Assembly: GCF_002507545.1 (NCBI RefSeq)
Contig: NZ_DAVR01000018.1
Location: forward strand, 2,367-66,366
DNA length: 64,000 bases
Origin: Archaeoglobus sp. UBA230
GTDB lineage: Archaea; Halobacteriota; Archaeoglobi; Archaeoglobales; Archaeoglobaceae
Direction: 5' to 3'
A program made the translations under genes and the position numbers. Of the stretch, positions 9,950 to 20,292 are shown piece after piece. Within the stretch, counting starts at the first letter, position 1, and every line of letters begins with the position of its first letter. The notes beneath the pieces are model-generated. The model worked only from the letters and a program-made list of their open reading frames with translations. It was not told the origin of the DNA and made no database searches.

Positions 9950-11590
9950 ATGTATATGGAGCTTAAATACAAAATCGGGTTTCCGAGCCTTTATTACCCC
10001 AGAATCTCTTTGGCGGACAGAATTGACCATGCTGCAGAGAAGTTTGGTGAAAAAACTGCCATAATCTCGGCAGAACCAAGATTTCCATCGGAGTTTCCGG
10101 AGAAGATGAACTTCATTGAGATTGCTGAAACAACAAAGAGGCTGGCTTCAGGCTTTGCCAAGAAAGGTGTGAGGAAGGGTGAGCATGTTGCTGTATGCGT
10201 TCCCAACTCTATTGACTACGTCATGTCCGTCTATGCCCTCTGGAGAGTGGCTGCAACTCCCGTGCCGGTAAACCCGATGTACAAGTCATTTGAGCTTGAA
10301 CATTTGCTCAACGACAGCGAGGCGACGACATTAATCGTCCACAGAATGCTCTACGACAGCTTTAAGCAGGTTCTGGACAGGACAAAGGTTGAGAGGGTTT
10401 TTGTTGTAGCTGGAGAGGAGAACAATCTCTCAGAGGTCATGGATGCTGGTAGCGAGGAGTTTGAGAATGTGAAGGTGAACCCGGAAGATGATGTAGCTCT
10501 TTTACCATACACCGGTGGGACTACAGGAATGCCAAAGGGTGTCATGCTCACACATTTCAATTTGACAGCAAACGCTCTGCAGCTTGCTGTAGCCACTGGC
10601 TTATCGCACATGGACACCATTATCGGCTGTATGCCGATGTTCCACTCTGCAGAATTCGGGCTGGTGAATCTGATGGTGACAGTCGGAAATGAGTACATCG
10701 TGATGGGCATGTTCAACCCCGAACTCATGGCCGAGAACATTGAGAAGTATAAAGGAACCTTTTCCTGGGCAGTTCCACCAGCCCTCAACGTGCTTGTCAA
10801 TACAATTGAAAATAGCAACAAAACATACGACTGGCGCTATCTTAAGGCATTTGCTACAGGAGCGTGGCCCGTAGCTCCCGCATTGGTGGAGAGGCTGCTG
10901 AAGGTTGCTGCGGAGAAGTGCAACAATCCGAGGCTGAAGCACAATCAGGTGTGGGGAATGACAGAAGCAAGTCCAATGGTCACAACAAACCCTGCTTTAA
11001 GGCTGGACAAGAGCACAACTCAGGGCATTCCGCTGTCTGACATAGAGCTTAAGATAATTTCACTCGAAGATGGCAGAGAGCTTGGGATTGGAGAGAGTGG
11101 AGAGATAGTGATAAGAGGACCGAACGTGTTCAAGGGATACTGGAAGAGGGAGAAGGAAAATCAGGAATGCTGGTGGTATGACGAGAAGGGAAGGAAGTTT
11201 TTCAGAACCGGAGACATAGGCTATATTGACGAAGAGGGCTTTCTGCACTTTCAGGACAGGGTTAAAGAAGTTATCAAGTACAAGGGCTACACAATAGCCC
11301 CCTTCGAGCTTGAAGCGCTGTTGATGAAACACGAGGCTGTGATGGATGTTGCTGTTATCGGAAAGCCAGATGAGGAAGCTGGAGAGATACCAAAGGCCTT
11401 CATAGTTCTCAAACCGGACTACAAGGGCAGGGTTACAGAAGAGGAGATAGTAGAGTGGGTGAGGGAAAGGATATCGGGCTACAAGAGAGTAAGAGAGGTG
11501 GAGTTCGTCGAAGAGTTGCCGAGAACGCCAGCAGGAAAGCTTCTCAGGAGGTTACTGAGAGAAAAAGAGCTGGAGAGGTCTAAGACTTAA
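9950..11590 (+). CDS. fadD: Long/medium-chain fatty-acid--CoA ligase (AMP-binding family)
   Basis: YTGGTTGMPKG P-loop, WGMTE, FRTGDIG, PRTPAGKLLRR. Confidence 0.93.
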   Translation: MYMELKYKIGFPSLYYPRISLADRIDHAAEKFGEKTAIISAEPRFPSEFPEKMNFIEIAETTKRLASGFAKKGVRKGEHVAVCVPNSIDYVMSVYALWRVAATPVPVNPMYKSFELEHLLNDSEATTLIVHRMLYDSFKQVLDRTKVERVFVVAGEENNLSEVMDAGSEEFENVKVNPEDDVALLPYTGGTTGMPKGVMLTHFNLTANALQLAVATGLSHMDTIIGCMPMFHSAEFGLVNLMVTVGNEYIVMGMFNPELMAENIEKYKGTFSWAVPPALNVLVNTIENSNKTYDWRYLKAFATGAWPVAPALVERLLKVAAEKCNNPRLKHNQVWGMTEASPMVTTNPALRLDKSTTQGIPLSDIELKIISLEDGRELGIGESGEIVIRGPNVFKGYWKREKENQECWWYDEKGRKFFRTGDIGYIDEEGFLHFQDRVKEVIKYKGYTIAPFELEALLMKHEAVMDVAVIGKPDEEAGEIPKAFIVLKPDYKGRVTEEEIVEWVRERISGYKRVREVEFVEELPRTPAGKLLRRLLREKELERSKT

Positions 11591-12836
11591 GAGCAACAAC
11601 AGCGAGGGTTGCAACAACTCTGAATATGCTCAAAACGGCAATTACCCAGAACATCCAGTGAATCCAGATGCTGCTTAGCCAAGCGAGGAAGCAGAAGACC
11701 ATTACCAGAAATATTCTCTCATCTCTTTTTCCGGGCAGGTATTCCATAATGCGGATTTTACCGTATATGCTCTCACCAAACTCAGCCTTGTACTTTTCTG
11801 TGGTGTAACTCACCATGACACTGCCAAAGATGGCAAAAAGAGCTATCTTCAGGGATTCAGGATATAACATCGCTAAAAAAGCCAGAAATAAAAAATCCAC
11901 AAACCTGTCGAGGATGGAGTCAATATACCCTCCCTTTCTTGAGGTTAGCAGAGAAGCTCTTGCGATTTCTCCATCGCATCCATCTAAGATGGACGATAAT
12001 TGGTAGATAATTCCAGCTACAGGAGGACTGAGAAAAATCATCAGAGAAGAAAAAATTCCAGTCAAAAAGGATACAACAGTCATCTGAGCTGGATTAACTC
12101 TGTTTACGAGCATTGCGGAGATAACCGTAGAAATTCTTCGGTTAAGGTGTCTCGAAATGAAGCCGTCTCCAGATGATTTTACTGCTGTTTTGACAAGAGC
12201 CCAGTTTGCCCTTTTGACATCTTCCTTGGTGTCAACATCCATCCAAAGCTTTCCGTCAACGTAAGTTACTGGTATCTTTGCCTCCCTCACAACATCACTC
12301 AGCGGTATTTCTTCTTTCTCAACCACTTTTTTAGCGACGTCAAAAATGCTCTTGTCAAGGACAAAAAAACCCGTGTCAACACAGTCAAAGGTGTCAAGAT
12401 TTTTTCCTACGTCCACAACTCTATCATTTTCAACCTTTATCTTTGTTGCCTCGCTTACATCCACAAACTTTGGTTCTCTATCAGCGATAACTCCCTCTCC
12501 TTTAACAGCCTCCTTTATGAATTCCTCGCTGTAAATATGGTCTCCCATAACAAGGATAAACCTTTCATTGACAAAATCCTCAGCCATCAGCAGAGAGTAG
12601 CCATTACCCTTTTCAGGCCTGTCATGTTTTACAATCGTATAACTGAAGCCCCTATCTTTCAGAAATTCGTCTATTCTCGTAGCATAACGGCTTGCAACTA
12701 TCACGAACTCGGAAACGTATGGTGATAGCAATTTCATCGTTCGCAAAATTATTTCACACCCAGCCACCTTGAGCAAAGGTTTCGGCACACCGCCGAGCCT
12801 CGTACCCAATCCAGCGGCTAAGATAACCGCCTTCAT
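11580..12836 (-). CDS. Bifunctional CTP:inositol-1-phosphate cytidylyltransferase / di-myo-inositol-phosphate-phosphate synthase (IPCT/DIPPS)
   Basis: N-terminal NTP-transferase ([14 protein letters not shown]) fused to a CDP-alcohol phosphotransferase ([17 protein letters not shown]). Confidence 0.93.
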   Translation of the reverse strand: MKAVILAAGLGTRLGGVPKPLLKVAGCEIILRTMKLLSPYVSEFVIVASRYATRIDEFLKDRGFSYTIVKHDRPEKGNGYSLLMAEDFVNERFILVMGDHIYSEEFIKEAVKGEGVIADREPKFVDVSEATKIKVENDRVVDVGKNLDTFDCVDTGFFVLDKSIFDVAKKVVEKEEIPLSDVVREAKIPVTYVDGKLWMDVDTKEDVKRANWALVKTAVKSSGDGFISRHLNRRISTVISAMLVNRVNPAQMTVVSFLTGIFSSLMIFLSPPVAGIIYQLSSILDGCDGEIARASLLTSRKGGYIDSILDRFVDFLFLAFLAMLYPESLKIALFAIFGSVMVSYTTEKYKAEFGESIYGKIRIMEYLPGKRDERIFLVMVFCFLAWLSSIWIHWMFWVIAVLSIFRVVATLAVVALKS

Positions 12837-12889
12837 CGTTTTATTTACTCACTGCAAAGATTTTTAAGTATTCTCCCTCAGTATTTATC

Positions 12890-13900
12890 ATGGGTGCAGA
12901 CATTGGAGACCTTCTTGAAAAAGAGGAGGTCGAGCTTGAATACTTCTCAGGAAAGAAAATTGCCATAGATGCGTTTAACACACTATATCAGTTCATCTCG
13001 ATAATTAGACAGCCTGACGGCACACCGCTAAAGGATTCACGGGGTAGAATCACCTCTCACCTCTCAGGAATTCTTTACAGGGTTTCAAACATGGTTGATG
13101 TTGGAATGAAGCCCATCTTCGTCTTCGATGGTGAACCCCCTGACTTCAAGAAGGCTGAAATCGAGGAAAGGGCAAAGAGGAGATTAGAAGCCGAGGAAAA
13201 ATGGATAGCAGCGGTGCAGGCAGGGGAGAGAGACGCGAAGAAGTATGCTCAGGCTGCTGGGAGGGTTGACGAATACATTGTAAACTCCTCAAAAGAATTG
13301 CTCGATTACATGGGCATACCCTATGTTGATGCTCCTTCAGAGGGTGAAGCTCAGGCAGCCTACATGGCTGCAAAGGGAGATGTGGATTACACGGGAAGTC
13401 AGGATTACGATTCACTTCTGTTCGGCAGTCCCAAACTTGCGAGGAATCTGGCAATAACGGGAAAGAGAAAGCTTCCGGGCAAGAATGTTTACATTGATGT
13501 TAAGCCAGAGATCATTCTGCTTGCAGAGAATCTCAGGAGGCTTGAAATTACGAGAGAGCAGCTGATTGACATCGCCATTTTGGTTGGGACAGACTACAAC
13601 GAGGGTGTGAAGGGTGTTGGCATCAAGAAAGCTCTCAAGCTCATAAAGACTCACGGTGATATTTTCAGGGCTTTAAAGGTCTTAAAGGTGGAAATTGAGA
13701 ATGTTGAGGCGATAAGGGAGTTTTACCTCAACCCTCCCGTCACAGACGACTACAGAGTAGAGTTCGGGGAGCCAGATGCTGATAAGGTGATAGAGTTCCT
13801 GTGTGAAGAGCATGATTTCAGCGTTGAGAGAGTTGAAAAGGCTCTTGAAAAGATGAAAAACCTCAAATCTACCCAAGCCACGCTTGAAAGGTGGTTCTAA
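12890..13900 (+). CDS. fen: Flap endonuclease 1
   Basis: [50 protein letters not shown]-terminal PIP box QATLERWF. Confidence 0.98.
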   Translation: MGADIGDLLEKEEVELEYFSGKKIAIDAFNTLYQFISIIRQPDGTPLKDSRGRITSHLSGILYRVSNMVDVGMKPIFVFDGEPPDFKKAEIEERAKRRLEAEEKWIAAVQAGERDAKKYAQAAGRVDEYIVNSSKELLDYMGIPYVDAPSEGEAQAAYMAAKGDVDYTGSQDYDSLLFGSPKLARNLAITGKRKLPGKNVYIDVKPEIILLAENLRRLEITREQLIDIAILVGTDYNEGVKGVGIKKALKLIKTHGDIFRALKVLKVEIENVEAIREFYLNPPVTDDYRVEFGEPDADKVIEFLCEEHDFSVERVEKALEKMKNLKSTQATLERWF

Positions 13901-14409
13901 TGCATGAGGGGGATGTTGATTTTAAAGTTGCTGTCATAACTGTCTCCACCTCAAGATATGAAAAATACGGAGAATTGAGAGGTGTTGATAAAATAAGGAG
14001 CGATGACGAATCTGGAAAGCTGATATACGAAAGCTTTGAAGGAAATGTGGTTGACTACTTCCTTGTTCCAGATGACGCTGTTAAGATACAAAAGTCAGTC
14101 CTTGATGCTCTCAGCAAGGCTGACGTTTGCATACTTACTGGAGGGACTGGTTTAAACCCAACAGATGTCACGATTGAAGCAGTTGAACCACTTTTCACAA
14201 AAAAAATTGATGGTTTTGGAGAGATTTTCAGGATGCTCAGCTATAATGAAGTTGGTTATGCTTCGATACTTTCAAGGGCAATGGCGGGGTTGATCAAAGA
14301 TAAAGTCGTGTTCTGTCTTCCGGGATCGAAAAAAGCTGTAAGGCTTGGTTTGGAGATAATAAAGAGTTCTTTAAAGCACATTCTGAGCCATGCGAAGGGT
14401 TTATCCTGA
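13900..14409 (+). CDS. moaB: Molybdopterin adenylyltransferase MoaB/MogA family
   Basis: VITVSTSR, D.SG, TGGTGLNPTDVTIEA, GFGEIFR, LSRAMAG, LPGS. The ATG at 13900 overlaps the fen stop (TAATG). Confidence 0.92.
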   Translation: MHEGDVDFKVAVITVSTSRYEKYGELRGVDKIRSDDESGKLIYESFEGNVVDYFLVPDDAVKIQKSVLDALSKADVCILTGGTGLNPTDVTIEAVEPLFTKKIDGFGEIFRMLSYNEVGYASILSRAMAGLIKDKVVFCLPGSKKAVRLGLEIIKSSLKHILSHAKGLS

Positions 14410-14416
14410 CCTCATT

Positions 14417-14593
14417 TCAGTAGAGCTTATCCAGAAAGAAGATTCCTCTTTTCTTGGTCAACCTTCTTGACCCGCAGAAGGGGCAGTAAAGGTTAGGAAT
14501 ATGGAGTGGCCCGGAATAGCTCGTCGTTCTCCTGATGTTTATGTCAAACTCTGCACCACATCTCGCACAGTAAATGTTGTCGAGTTTGGTCAT
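14417..14593 (-). CDS. Unannotated 58-aa CxxC...CPxCG zinc-finger microprotein
   Basis: Hand translation: MTKLDNIYCARCGAEFDINIRRTTSYSGPLHIPNLYCPFCGSRRLTKKRGIFFLDKLY. GAGGA Shine-Dalgarno 6 nt upstream of the ATG. Confidence 0.75.
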   Translation of the reverse strand: MTKLDNIYCARCGAEFDINIRRTTSYSGPLHIPNLYCPFCGSRRLTKKRGIFFLDKLY

Positions 14594-14657
14594 GTTTAGT
14601 CCTCATCAATGCTGGTTTTATGCTTTTCTCAATCCTTTGTTGAATCAAGCTCGAACA

Positions 14658-15485
14658 TCAACCCTTTAAGACCATGTATACCCCAAGAAGGATCGTCATC
14701 GCACCAGCAAAGGTCAGTACAGTAAGTTCCTCATCGAGAAGTAAACTGCCTGCAATAAGAGAAACGACAGGGATGGTGAGCAGAAATATTGACGCCTTTG
14801 AAGCCTCTTCCCTCTCTAAAAAGTAGTACCAACCCATGTAGCCCAGATACGTGGAGAAGAATCCGAGAAAGAGGATAGAAGTTATGGTGTTAGGATTGCT
14901 CAATATCTCAGCAAGAGATGAAGGAAGAAATGGGATTAGGGGGATTGAGCCGAGAAGCATTGTGTAGCTTGTCAGAGTTACTGCATCGTATTTCTCCATC
15001 AGTTTCTTACCCAGTGTCGTGTAAATTGCTGCTGCGATTGCACTCGCAAGAACAATTAGGATTCCAAAAATATTGCCTGAAGAAGGTTTGGAGATTAGTG
15101 CAACACCTGCAAAGGCAACACCTGTGCCGATAATTTTCAGCGCTGTAATTCTCTCATTCAAAAACATCCAAGACAGTATTAAGACGAAGACCGGAGCGAG
15201 TGAGATTATGAGGCTTGCGACACCTGATGAAACGTAAATCTCACCGATATTAAGACAGATGTGGTAAACTGAGACACCAAACACACCGAGTACAAGTGTC
15301 ATTGGCAGGTCTCTTGACTGAACTCTTCTTCCACTAAGTATGCTTAGAAGAAATAGAGTATCGGCCACAGCAAATCTCAATGTAGCAATGGAAATCGGAC
15401 TGATGAAGGCAACAGCGTACTTTATAGCCGTGAAGGCAAGACCCCAGAAGATTATCGTTGCTGTGAGCACTACCCATTTGAACAT
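14658..15485 (-). CDS. EamA/DMT-family transporter
   Basis: About 10 TM helices in two repeats; IFWGLAFTAIK, LRFAVA, APVFVLILS..L.ERI. Confidence 0.9.
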   Translation of the reverse strand: MFKWVVLTATIIFWGLAFTAIKYAVAFISPISIATLRFAVADTLFLLSILSGRRVQSRDLPMTLVLGVFGVSVYHICLNIGEIYVSSGVASLIISLAPVFVLILSWMFLNERITALKIIGTGVAFAGVALISKPSSGNIFGILIVLASAIAAAIYTTLGKKLMEKYDAVTLTSYTMLLGSIPLIPFLPSSLAEILSNPNTITSILFLGFFSTYLGYMGWYYFLEREEASKASIFLLTIPVVSLIAGSLLLDEELTVLTFAGAMTILLGVYMVLKG

Positions 15486-15569
15486 TATCCTTGATATCCG
15501 GTAGGGTTATTTTTTCTTCCGGTTAAGAACTCTAAAAACATTTTTATATGACATTTCACTCAGCATTTT

Positions 15570-16004
15570 ATGAAAATTTTAAAATACTTGCTGGCGCTTG
15601 TTTTTCTCTTTGTAATTGTAAAGCTGACAGGCTTTGCCATTCTTGAAACACTTTCTGACTATAGAACGGGTGATGGAAAAGAAACTGATTTTGGGCTAAC
15701 AAACAATCTTCGTGAGCTGGGTGTAAATGTATACAGTGTGAGAATCGAATCAAACGGTGCGAGAAAGATAGTTGTTGACTATGAACCGCAGTTCAGGGGT
15801 GGAGACAACGAGATGCTGATGGACTATGGGATCATTATCGGGTATATTTATGCTGAAAAAGACTTTGATGTGCTTATAATAAACAACTATTTCGACGGTT
15901 ATGAGGTTCTGACTGTTTATATCTCCTATTCGGCAATCTACAGCTATATTCATGGAGAAATGTCTGTTGATGATTTTAAGGAGTCGTGGGAGGTATATAC
16001 ATGA
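15570..16004 (+). CDS. Hypothetical membrane-anchored or secreted protein
   Basis: N-terminal hydrophobic segment. The stop overlaps the next ATG (ATGA). No family recognised. Confidence 0.65.
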   Translation: MKILKYLLALVFLFVIVKLTGFAILETLSDYRTGDGKETDFGLTNNLRELGVNVYSVRIESNGARKIVVDYEPQFRGGDNEMLMDYGIIIGYIYAEKDFDVLIINNYFDGYEVLTVYISYSAIYSYIHGEMSVDDFKESWEVYT

Positions 16005-17188
16005 GGCTGTGTATTCTCGTAGCCATCATTTTACTCGTGGCTCCAGTATCTGCTGTGTGTGAGGGGGAAAAGGCAGAATATGAAAGGGCATATTCGGAAT
16101 ACAACGCCAATCCAACCAAGGAGACACATGACGCTCTTTCAGCTGCATACCTGCGGTATGTAAACTGTGTTTCCAGTGAGGAGGTTGTAGAAGTAACTGA
16201 AACTGCTACAGAAACAGCTGAGGAGGATGAGATACCTGCGGAATGTAGAGACGAATTTGAGGCATATCAAAGAGCATTTATCGAAGCCCAAAGCACATAT
16301 GATATAGAGGAGAGGACTAAAAAAGAGGAGGAACTTTTGGCGACTCAGACGAATTACTACAATTGCGTGTATGGCTACCATGGTGAAACAAAGGGAACAG
16401 CAGTAACAACTCCGGAGGAGGTAGAAGAGACAACTGAAAAGACTCCAGGGAGGATAAAGGAGGCTATAAGAATCCATGAAAACCTTGTTGTTATTTCCCA
16501 GCCTACGGATGAAGTTGTAGATCAGAAGTTCCTTGAGATTATGGAAGAACTTGAGAAAGAGCTTGAAGATTACAGTCAATCCAATTCTGATCCGGAGGTT
16601 ATGGATAGAATTATCGAGGCTGTTGACGGGTTGATGGATAGGGAGATGCAGATAAAGGAGATCACAGCAAACAGAGACGTTGAAACTCAGCATCTCATTG
16701 AAGAAATTGTTAACAGCACTCCAGAATCTGAAAAATCGCTTGTTGAAGAAATACTTTATCTTGCCCTTGAAAAAACCAAAGAAAAGGCTGTTGAGAGCAC
16801 TGAGACATATTTGAAGGATGAACTGAGGAAAAGAGGTTATGAAACGCTTGTTTCAAAGGTTGAGAAGTTTGAGGAGTGGAACAGCAAAGTCAATGATTAT
16901 CTCTCAAAGGCTGTTGAACTGAAGGAATTTAAGGATGAGATTGATGATATCAGCAAACTTCACAAGGATGGAGAAATCACAAAGGAGGATTCGAGAATTC
17001 TGAAAGCTGCAATAGCGTTGAAAAAATGTGTTTCGTGGTTAACTTCCAAGATACCTATCATAGGAGATTCTATGTCCGAAGTTTACACCAAATCCCTCGA
17101 TGCCGGGATAAAAACAGGTGTGATGTTTGCAAAGCACAAAAAAGGAGTAAATGAGGTCATAGAATGTCTTGAAACCAACACATGTTAA
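16001..17188 (+). CDS. Hypothetical secreted acidic helical protein with two Cys-bracketed repeats
   Basis: Signal peptide MRLCILVAIILLVAPVSA, GGAGGT SD before 16001, very E/T-rich. No family recognised. Confidence 0.75.
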   Translation: MRLCILVAIILLVAPVSAVCEGEKAEYERAYSEYNANPTKETHDALSAAYLRYVNCVSSEEVVEVTETATETAEEDEIPAECRDEFEAYQRAFIEAQSTYDIEERTKKEEELLATQTNYYNCVYGYHGETKGTAVTTPEEVEETTEKTPGRIKEAIRIHENLVVISQPTDEVVDQKFLEIMEELEKELEDYSQSNSDPEVMDRIIEAVDGLMDREMQIKEITANRDVETQHLIEEIVNSTPESEKSLVEEILYLALEKTKEKAVESTETYLKDELRKRGYETLVSKVEKFEEWNSKVNDYLSKAVELKEFKDEIDDISKLHKDGEITKEDSRILKAAIALKKCVSWLTSKIPIIGDSMSEVYTKSLDAGIKTGVMFAKHKKGVNEVIECLETNTC

Positions 17189-17192
17189 AAAA

Positions 17193-18326
17193 TTATTCAG
17201 AAGCCGCGGGAATTTCTCCCACGACGTTGTCAACAAAGAAGTTCATTGAAAGCAGTTCCTCGTCAGTCATTACCTCTCCTTCAGCCTTAACGAGATTGCC
17301 CTGCTGGTCGTAGATTGGACCTACAAACGGATACTGCTCAGCCACTTCTCCACTGAGGTATTTCTCCTTCTCTTCTTCGACCATCTTTCTCACGTCTTCC
17401 GGAACAGCATCGTTGAATGGTGCAATGCCAACAACGCCCCTGTCTATGCCCCACCAGATTTCTTCGCTCTTCCATGTTCCCTGCATTACCTGCTCAATGA
17501 TGTAGGAGTAAATCACACTCCAGTTCCACACTGCAGCGGTCAAATGGGCATTGGGTGCGAACTTGGACATGTCACTGTGGTATCCTATGGAGTAAGCACC
17601 TCTCTCCTCTGCAGCCTGCTGTGCTGCCGGAGAATCCTGATGCTGGGCTATAACGTCACAACCCTCATCGAGCAGGCTTATTGCTGCCTCCTTTTCCTTA
17701 GCAGGGTCATACCATGTTCCCGTCCAGACAACGTAAACCTTCGCTTCCGGGTTTACCTTCTTAACACCAAGGGCAAAGGCGTTAATTCCTCTGATAACCT
17801 CTGGAATTGGGTGGGCGGCAACATAGCCAATTTTGTTCGTCTTCGTCATTGCTCCTGCCACAATTCCAGTCAGATAGCGGGCTTGATACATCCTGCCGAA
17901 GTAAGTTCCGACATTTTCAGCGGTCTTGTAACCGCTGCAGTGCTCGAAGATTGTGTCAGGGAAGTCCTTGGCAACTGTAATGGTGGCATCCATGAATCCG
18001 AAGGATGTTGTGAAGATTACATCATAACCCTGCTCAGCATACTCTCTTATTACCCTCTCGTCATCTCCTCCTTCGGCAACATTTTCGGTGTAGGCCGTCT
18101 TAATGCCGTACTTTTTCTCTATAAATTGCCTTCCTTGATCATGCATGTATGTCCAGCCAGCATCTCCAATGGGGCTTACGTAAACGAATGCAGCTTTAAT
18201 CTCTTTTTTCTCTTCAGGGGTGGTAGCGGGTGTTGTTACCTGCTTTCCCTCCTCACCTGCGCATCCTGCTAACAATCCGGCAGCTAAAACTGCCAATATA
18301 ATGAGAACCAGAAACTTAGCCTTCAT
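17193..18326 (-). CDS. BMP-family (PnrA/Med-like) ABC substrate-binding lipoprotein, nucleoside/purine type
   Basis: Lipobox LLAGC; AAFVYVSPIGDAGWTYMHDQGR, FTTSFGF, YFGRMYQARYLTG, AQHQDS. Start moved to MKAKF at 18326. Confidence 0.92.
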   Translation of the reverse strand: MKAKFLVLIILAVLAAGLLAGCAGEEGKQVTTPATTPEEKKEIKAAFVYVSPIGDAGWTYMHDQGRQFIEKKYGIKTAYTENVAEGGDDERVIREYAEQGYDVIFTTSFGFMDATITVAKDFPDTIFEHCSGYKTAENVGTYFGRMYQARYLTGIVAGAMTKTNKIGYVAAHPIPEVIRGINAFALGVKKVNPEAKVYVVWTGTWYDPAKEKEAAISLLDEGCDVIAQHQDSPAAQQAAEERGAYSIGYHSDMSKFAPNAHLTAAVWNWSVIYSYIIEQVMQGTWKSEEIWWGIDRGVVGIAPFNDAVPEDVRKMVEEEKEKYLSGEVAEQYPFVGPIYDQQGNLVKAEGEVMTDEELLSMNFFVDNVVGEIPAASE

Positions 18327-18357
18327 GTTTTCTGCCAAGTCACAAATGAGATAAACT

Positions 18358-19290
18358 TTACTGTTTTCTTCCCCTGATGTATGGGACTCCAAGAGATGCA
18401 GGTGCTCCAAAGGCAGCCCTTTTCCTTATGACGCTGAATAGCAGCACGACGATGGTTACAACGTAAGGCACCATCCTCATCAGGTGGTATGAAATGCCAA
18501 CTCCAGTGGCTTGAAGTTTGAATGAAAGGACATCTAACCCGCCGAAGAGGTAGGCGCCGAGCACTGCCCTTTGTGGCATCCAGCCGCTGAAAATGACTAA
18601 AGCGAGACAAATCCATCCCCTTCCTGCAGTCATTCCCTCGGTCCACAGTTTTGCGTAGGCCAGGCTGAGGTAAGCTCCCCCAATACCAACCAAAAAACCT
18701 CCAATCAATGTGCTGATGTATCTGATTCTATCTACATCAACTCCAACGCTATCTGCTGCTTCTGGGTTTTCCCCTGCTGCAATTATCTCCAAGCCATACC
18801 TCGTTTTGAAGAGTAAAAACCAGAGGACAGCAGCAAGGATTACAGCAATGTAGGCGAGAGGATCATGGGTGAACAATATTTCACCAACATACGGTAAACT
18901 GGAAAGATACGGAATGTGGATGGGGTTAATGTAAACAGCTACCTCTCCAATATAGCTTCTACCAAAGAAACCTGTGATTCCGAGGCCGAGAAGAACGATC
19001 ATCAGGCCTGTAATGGGTTGATTTGCCTTTAAAGTTATGGAAAAGAAAGCGTGAATAAAAGCCAGTGCCATACCTGCAAATCCCGCAAAAAGCACTCCGA
19101 GCCATGGATTGCCTGTGAGTATGCTCACCGCAAACCCCGTAAAGGCTCCGGTTATCATTATCCCCTCGATTCCAAGATTCAGTATTCCGCTTCTTTCGGT
19201 TAAAGTCTCACCAAGCGTGGCGTAGAGTAAAGGTGTCCCGGCCCTTATCGAGGATGCCAAGAGCGATGCTATGAATCCCGCGTCAACCAT
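18358..19290 (-). CDS. Nucleoside/sugar ABC transporter permease
   Basis: LGETLTERSGILNLGIEG, AGENPEAADSVG, GRGWICLALVIFSGW. Confidence 0.92.
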   Translation of the reverse strand: MVDAGFIASLLASSIRAGTPLLYATLGETLTERSGILNLGIEGIMITGAFTGFAVSILTGNPWLGVLFAGFAGMALAFIHAFFSITLKANQPITGLMIVLLGLGITGFFGRSYIGEVAVYINPIHIPYLSSLPYVGEILFTHDPLAYIAVILAAVLWFLLFKTRYGLEIIAAGENPEAADSVGVDVDRIRYISTLIGGFLVGIGGAYLSLAYAKLWTEGMTAGRGWICLALVIFSGWMPQRAVLGAYLFGGLDVLSFKLQATGVGISYHLMRMVPYVVTIVVLLFSVIRKRAAFGAPASLGVPYIRGRKQ

Positions 19291-20292
19291 TTAGTCTCCC
19301 CTCCTGAGCGACTGTCCACCAATTATGAAAAGCACTATCAGAGCCTGAAAAACATAGACTATTGCTACCGGAACGGAATAAGTAGTTTGGAGGGCTGATC
19401 CACCAACGTAGAGGAATCCAAAGAGTGATGCGGAGAGTATGACCAACAACGGGTTTCCAGATGCAAGCAGCGCTACAGGAATTCCTGCATATCCGTATCC
19501 AGTGGAGATGGCTGGCCTCAATCTCAGCTGTATTCCGCTAACCTCAATCATCCCGGCAATTCCTGCAAGCATTCCTCCGAGAAGCATAGAATAAAAAATT
19601 ATTTTCTGTCTGCTTATCCCTGCATAATCAGCAGCTCTTGGATTTGCACCTACAACTCTTACGGCAAAGCCGAAGTCTGTCCTTTTCAGAATGTGGTAGA
19701 TTGCGATTGCAATAAGGATGGCAATCAAAAAGCCGAGGTGAAGGCGGGTGCCAAAAAACCTTGGGAGAGTTGCAGCATCTGGAAAGAGATCGGTATAGGG
19801 GAAGTTGTAGACCTCCTTACCCCTCATCGGCCCGTAAACCATATATTCTACCCAGTATATTGCCACGTAATTCAGAAGGAGCGTGGAAATAATCTCGTTA
19901 AGGTCGAACTTTGCCTTTAGAAATGCTGGAATTGCAGCCCATCCCATACCGAAGATTGCTCCAGCAGCCATCATTAATGGAATCACAAGAAACTCCGGGA
20001 GGTTGATATAGAGTGCAACAACACTCGCTGCAAAGGCACCCATGTAAAGCTGCCCTTCTGCGCCAATGTTCCATAACCCTGCTCTCAGGGGAATTGCAAC
20101 AGCCAAGCCTGTGAGGATGAGCGGTGTTGTTTTCACACAAAGTTCAGCCAGACCAAATTTGGATGCAAAAGACCGAGAAAACATCACGATATAGGCTTCA
20201 AGGGGATTTATCCCCATAACAGCAAGCATCACCCCAACAACGGCAAGGGATGCGACTATCGAAATCACTGGCGCTAAGTAGTTCCACCTCAT
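19291..20292 (-). CDS. Nucleoside/sugar ABC transporter permease
   Basis: GLWNIGAEGQL, NEIISTLLLNY, GANPRAADYAGI, GYGYAGIPVALLA. Confidence 0.92.
   Translation of the reverse strand: MRWNYLAPVISIVASLAVVGVMLAVMGINPLEAYIVMFSRSFASKFGLAELCVKTTPLILTGLAVAIPLRAGLWNIGAEGQLYMGAFAASVVALYINLPEFLVIPLMMAAGAIFGMGWAAIPAFLKAKFDLNEIISTLLLNYVAIYWVEYMVYGPMRGKEVYNFPYTDLFPDAATLPRFFGTRLHLGFLIAILIAIAIYHILKRTDFGFAVRVVGANPRAADYAGISRQKIIFYSMLLGGMLAGIAGMIEVSGIQLRLRPAISTGYGYAGIPVALLASGNPLLVILSASLFGFLYVGGSALQTTYSVPVAIVYVFQALIVLFIIGGQSLRRGD

Noticed and set aside
17544-18272. 242-aa Cys-rich plus-strand ORF
   Set aside because: Antisense to the BMP lipoprotein gene. The Cys richness is explained by reverse-complemented GCA/ACA codons.
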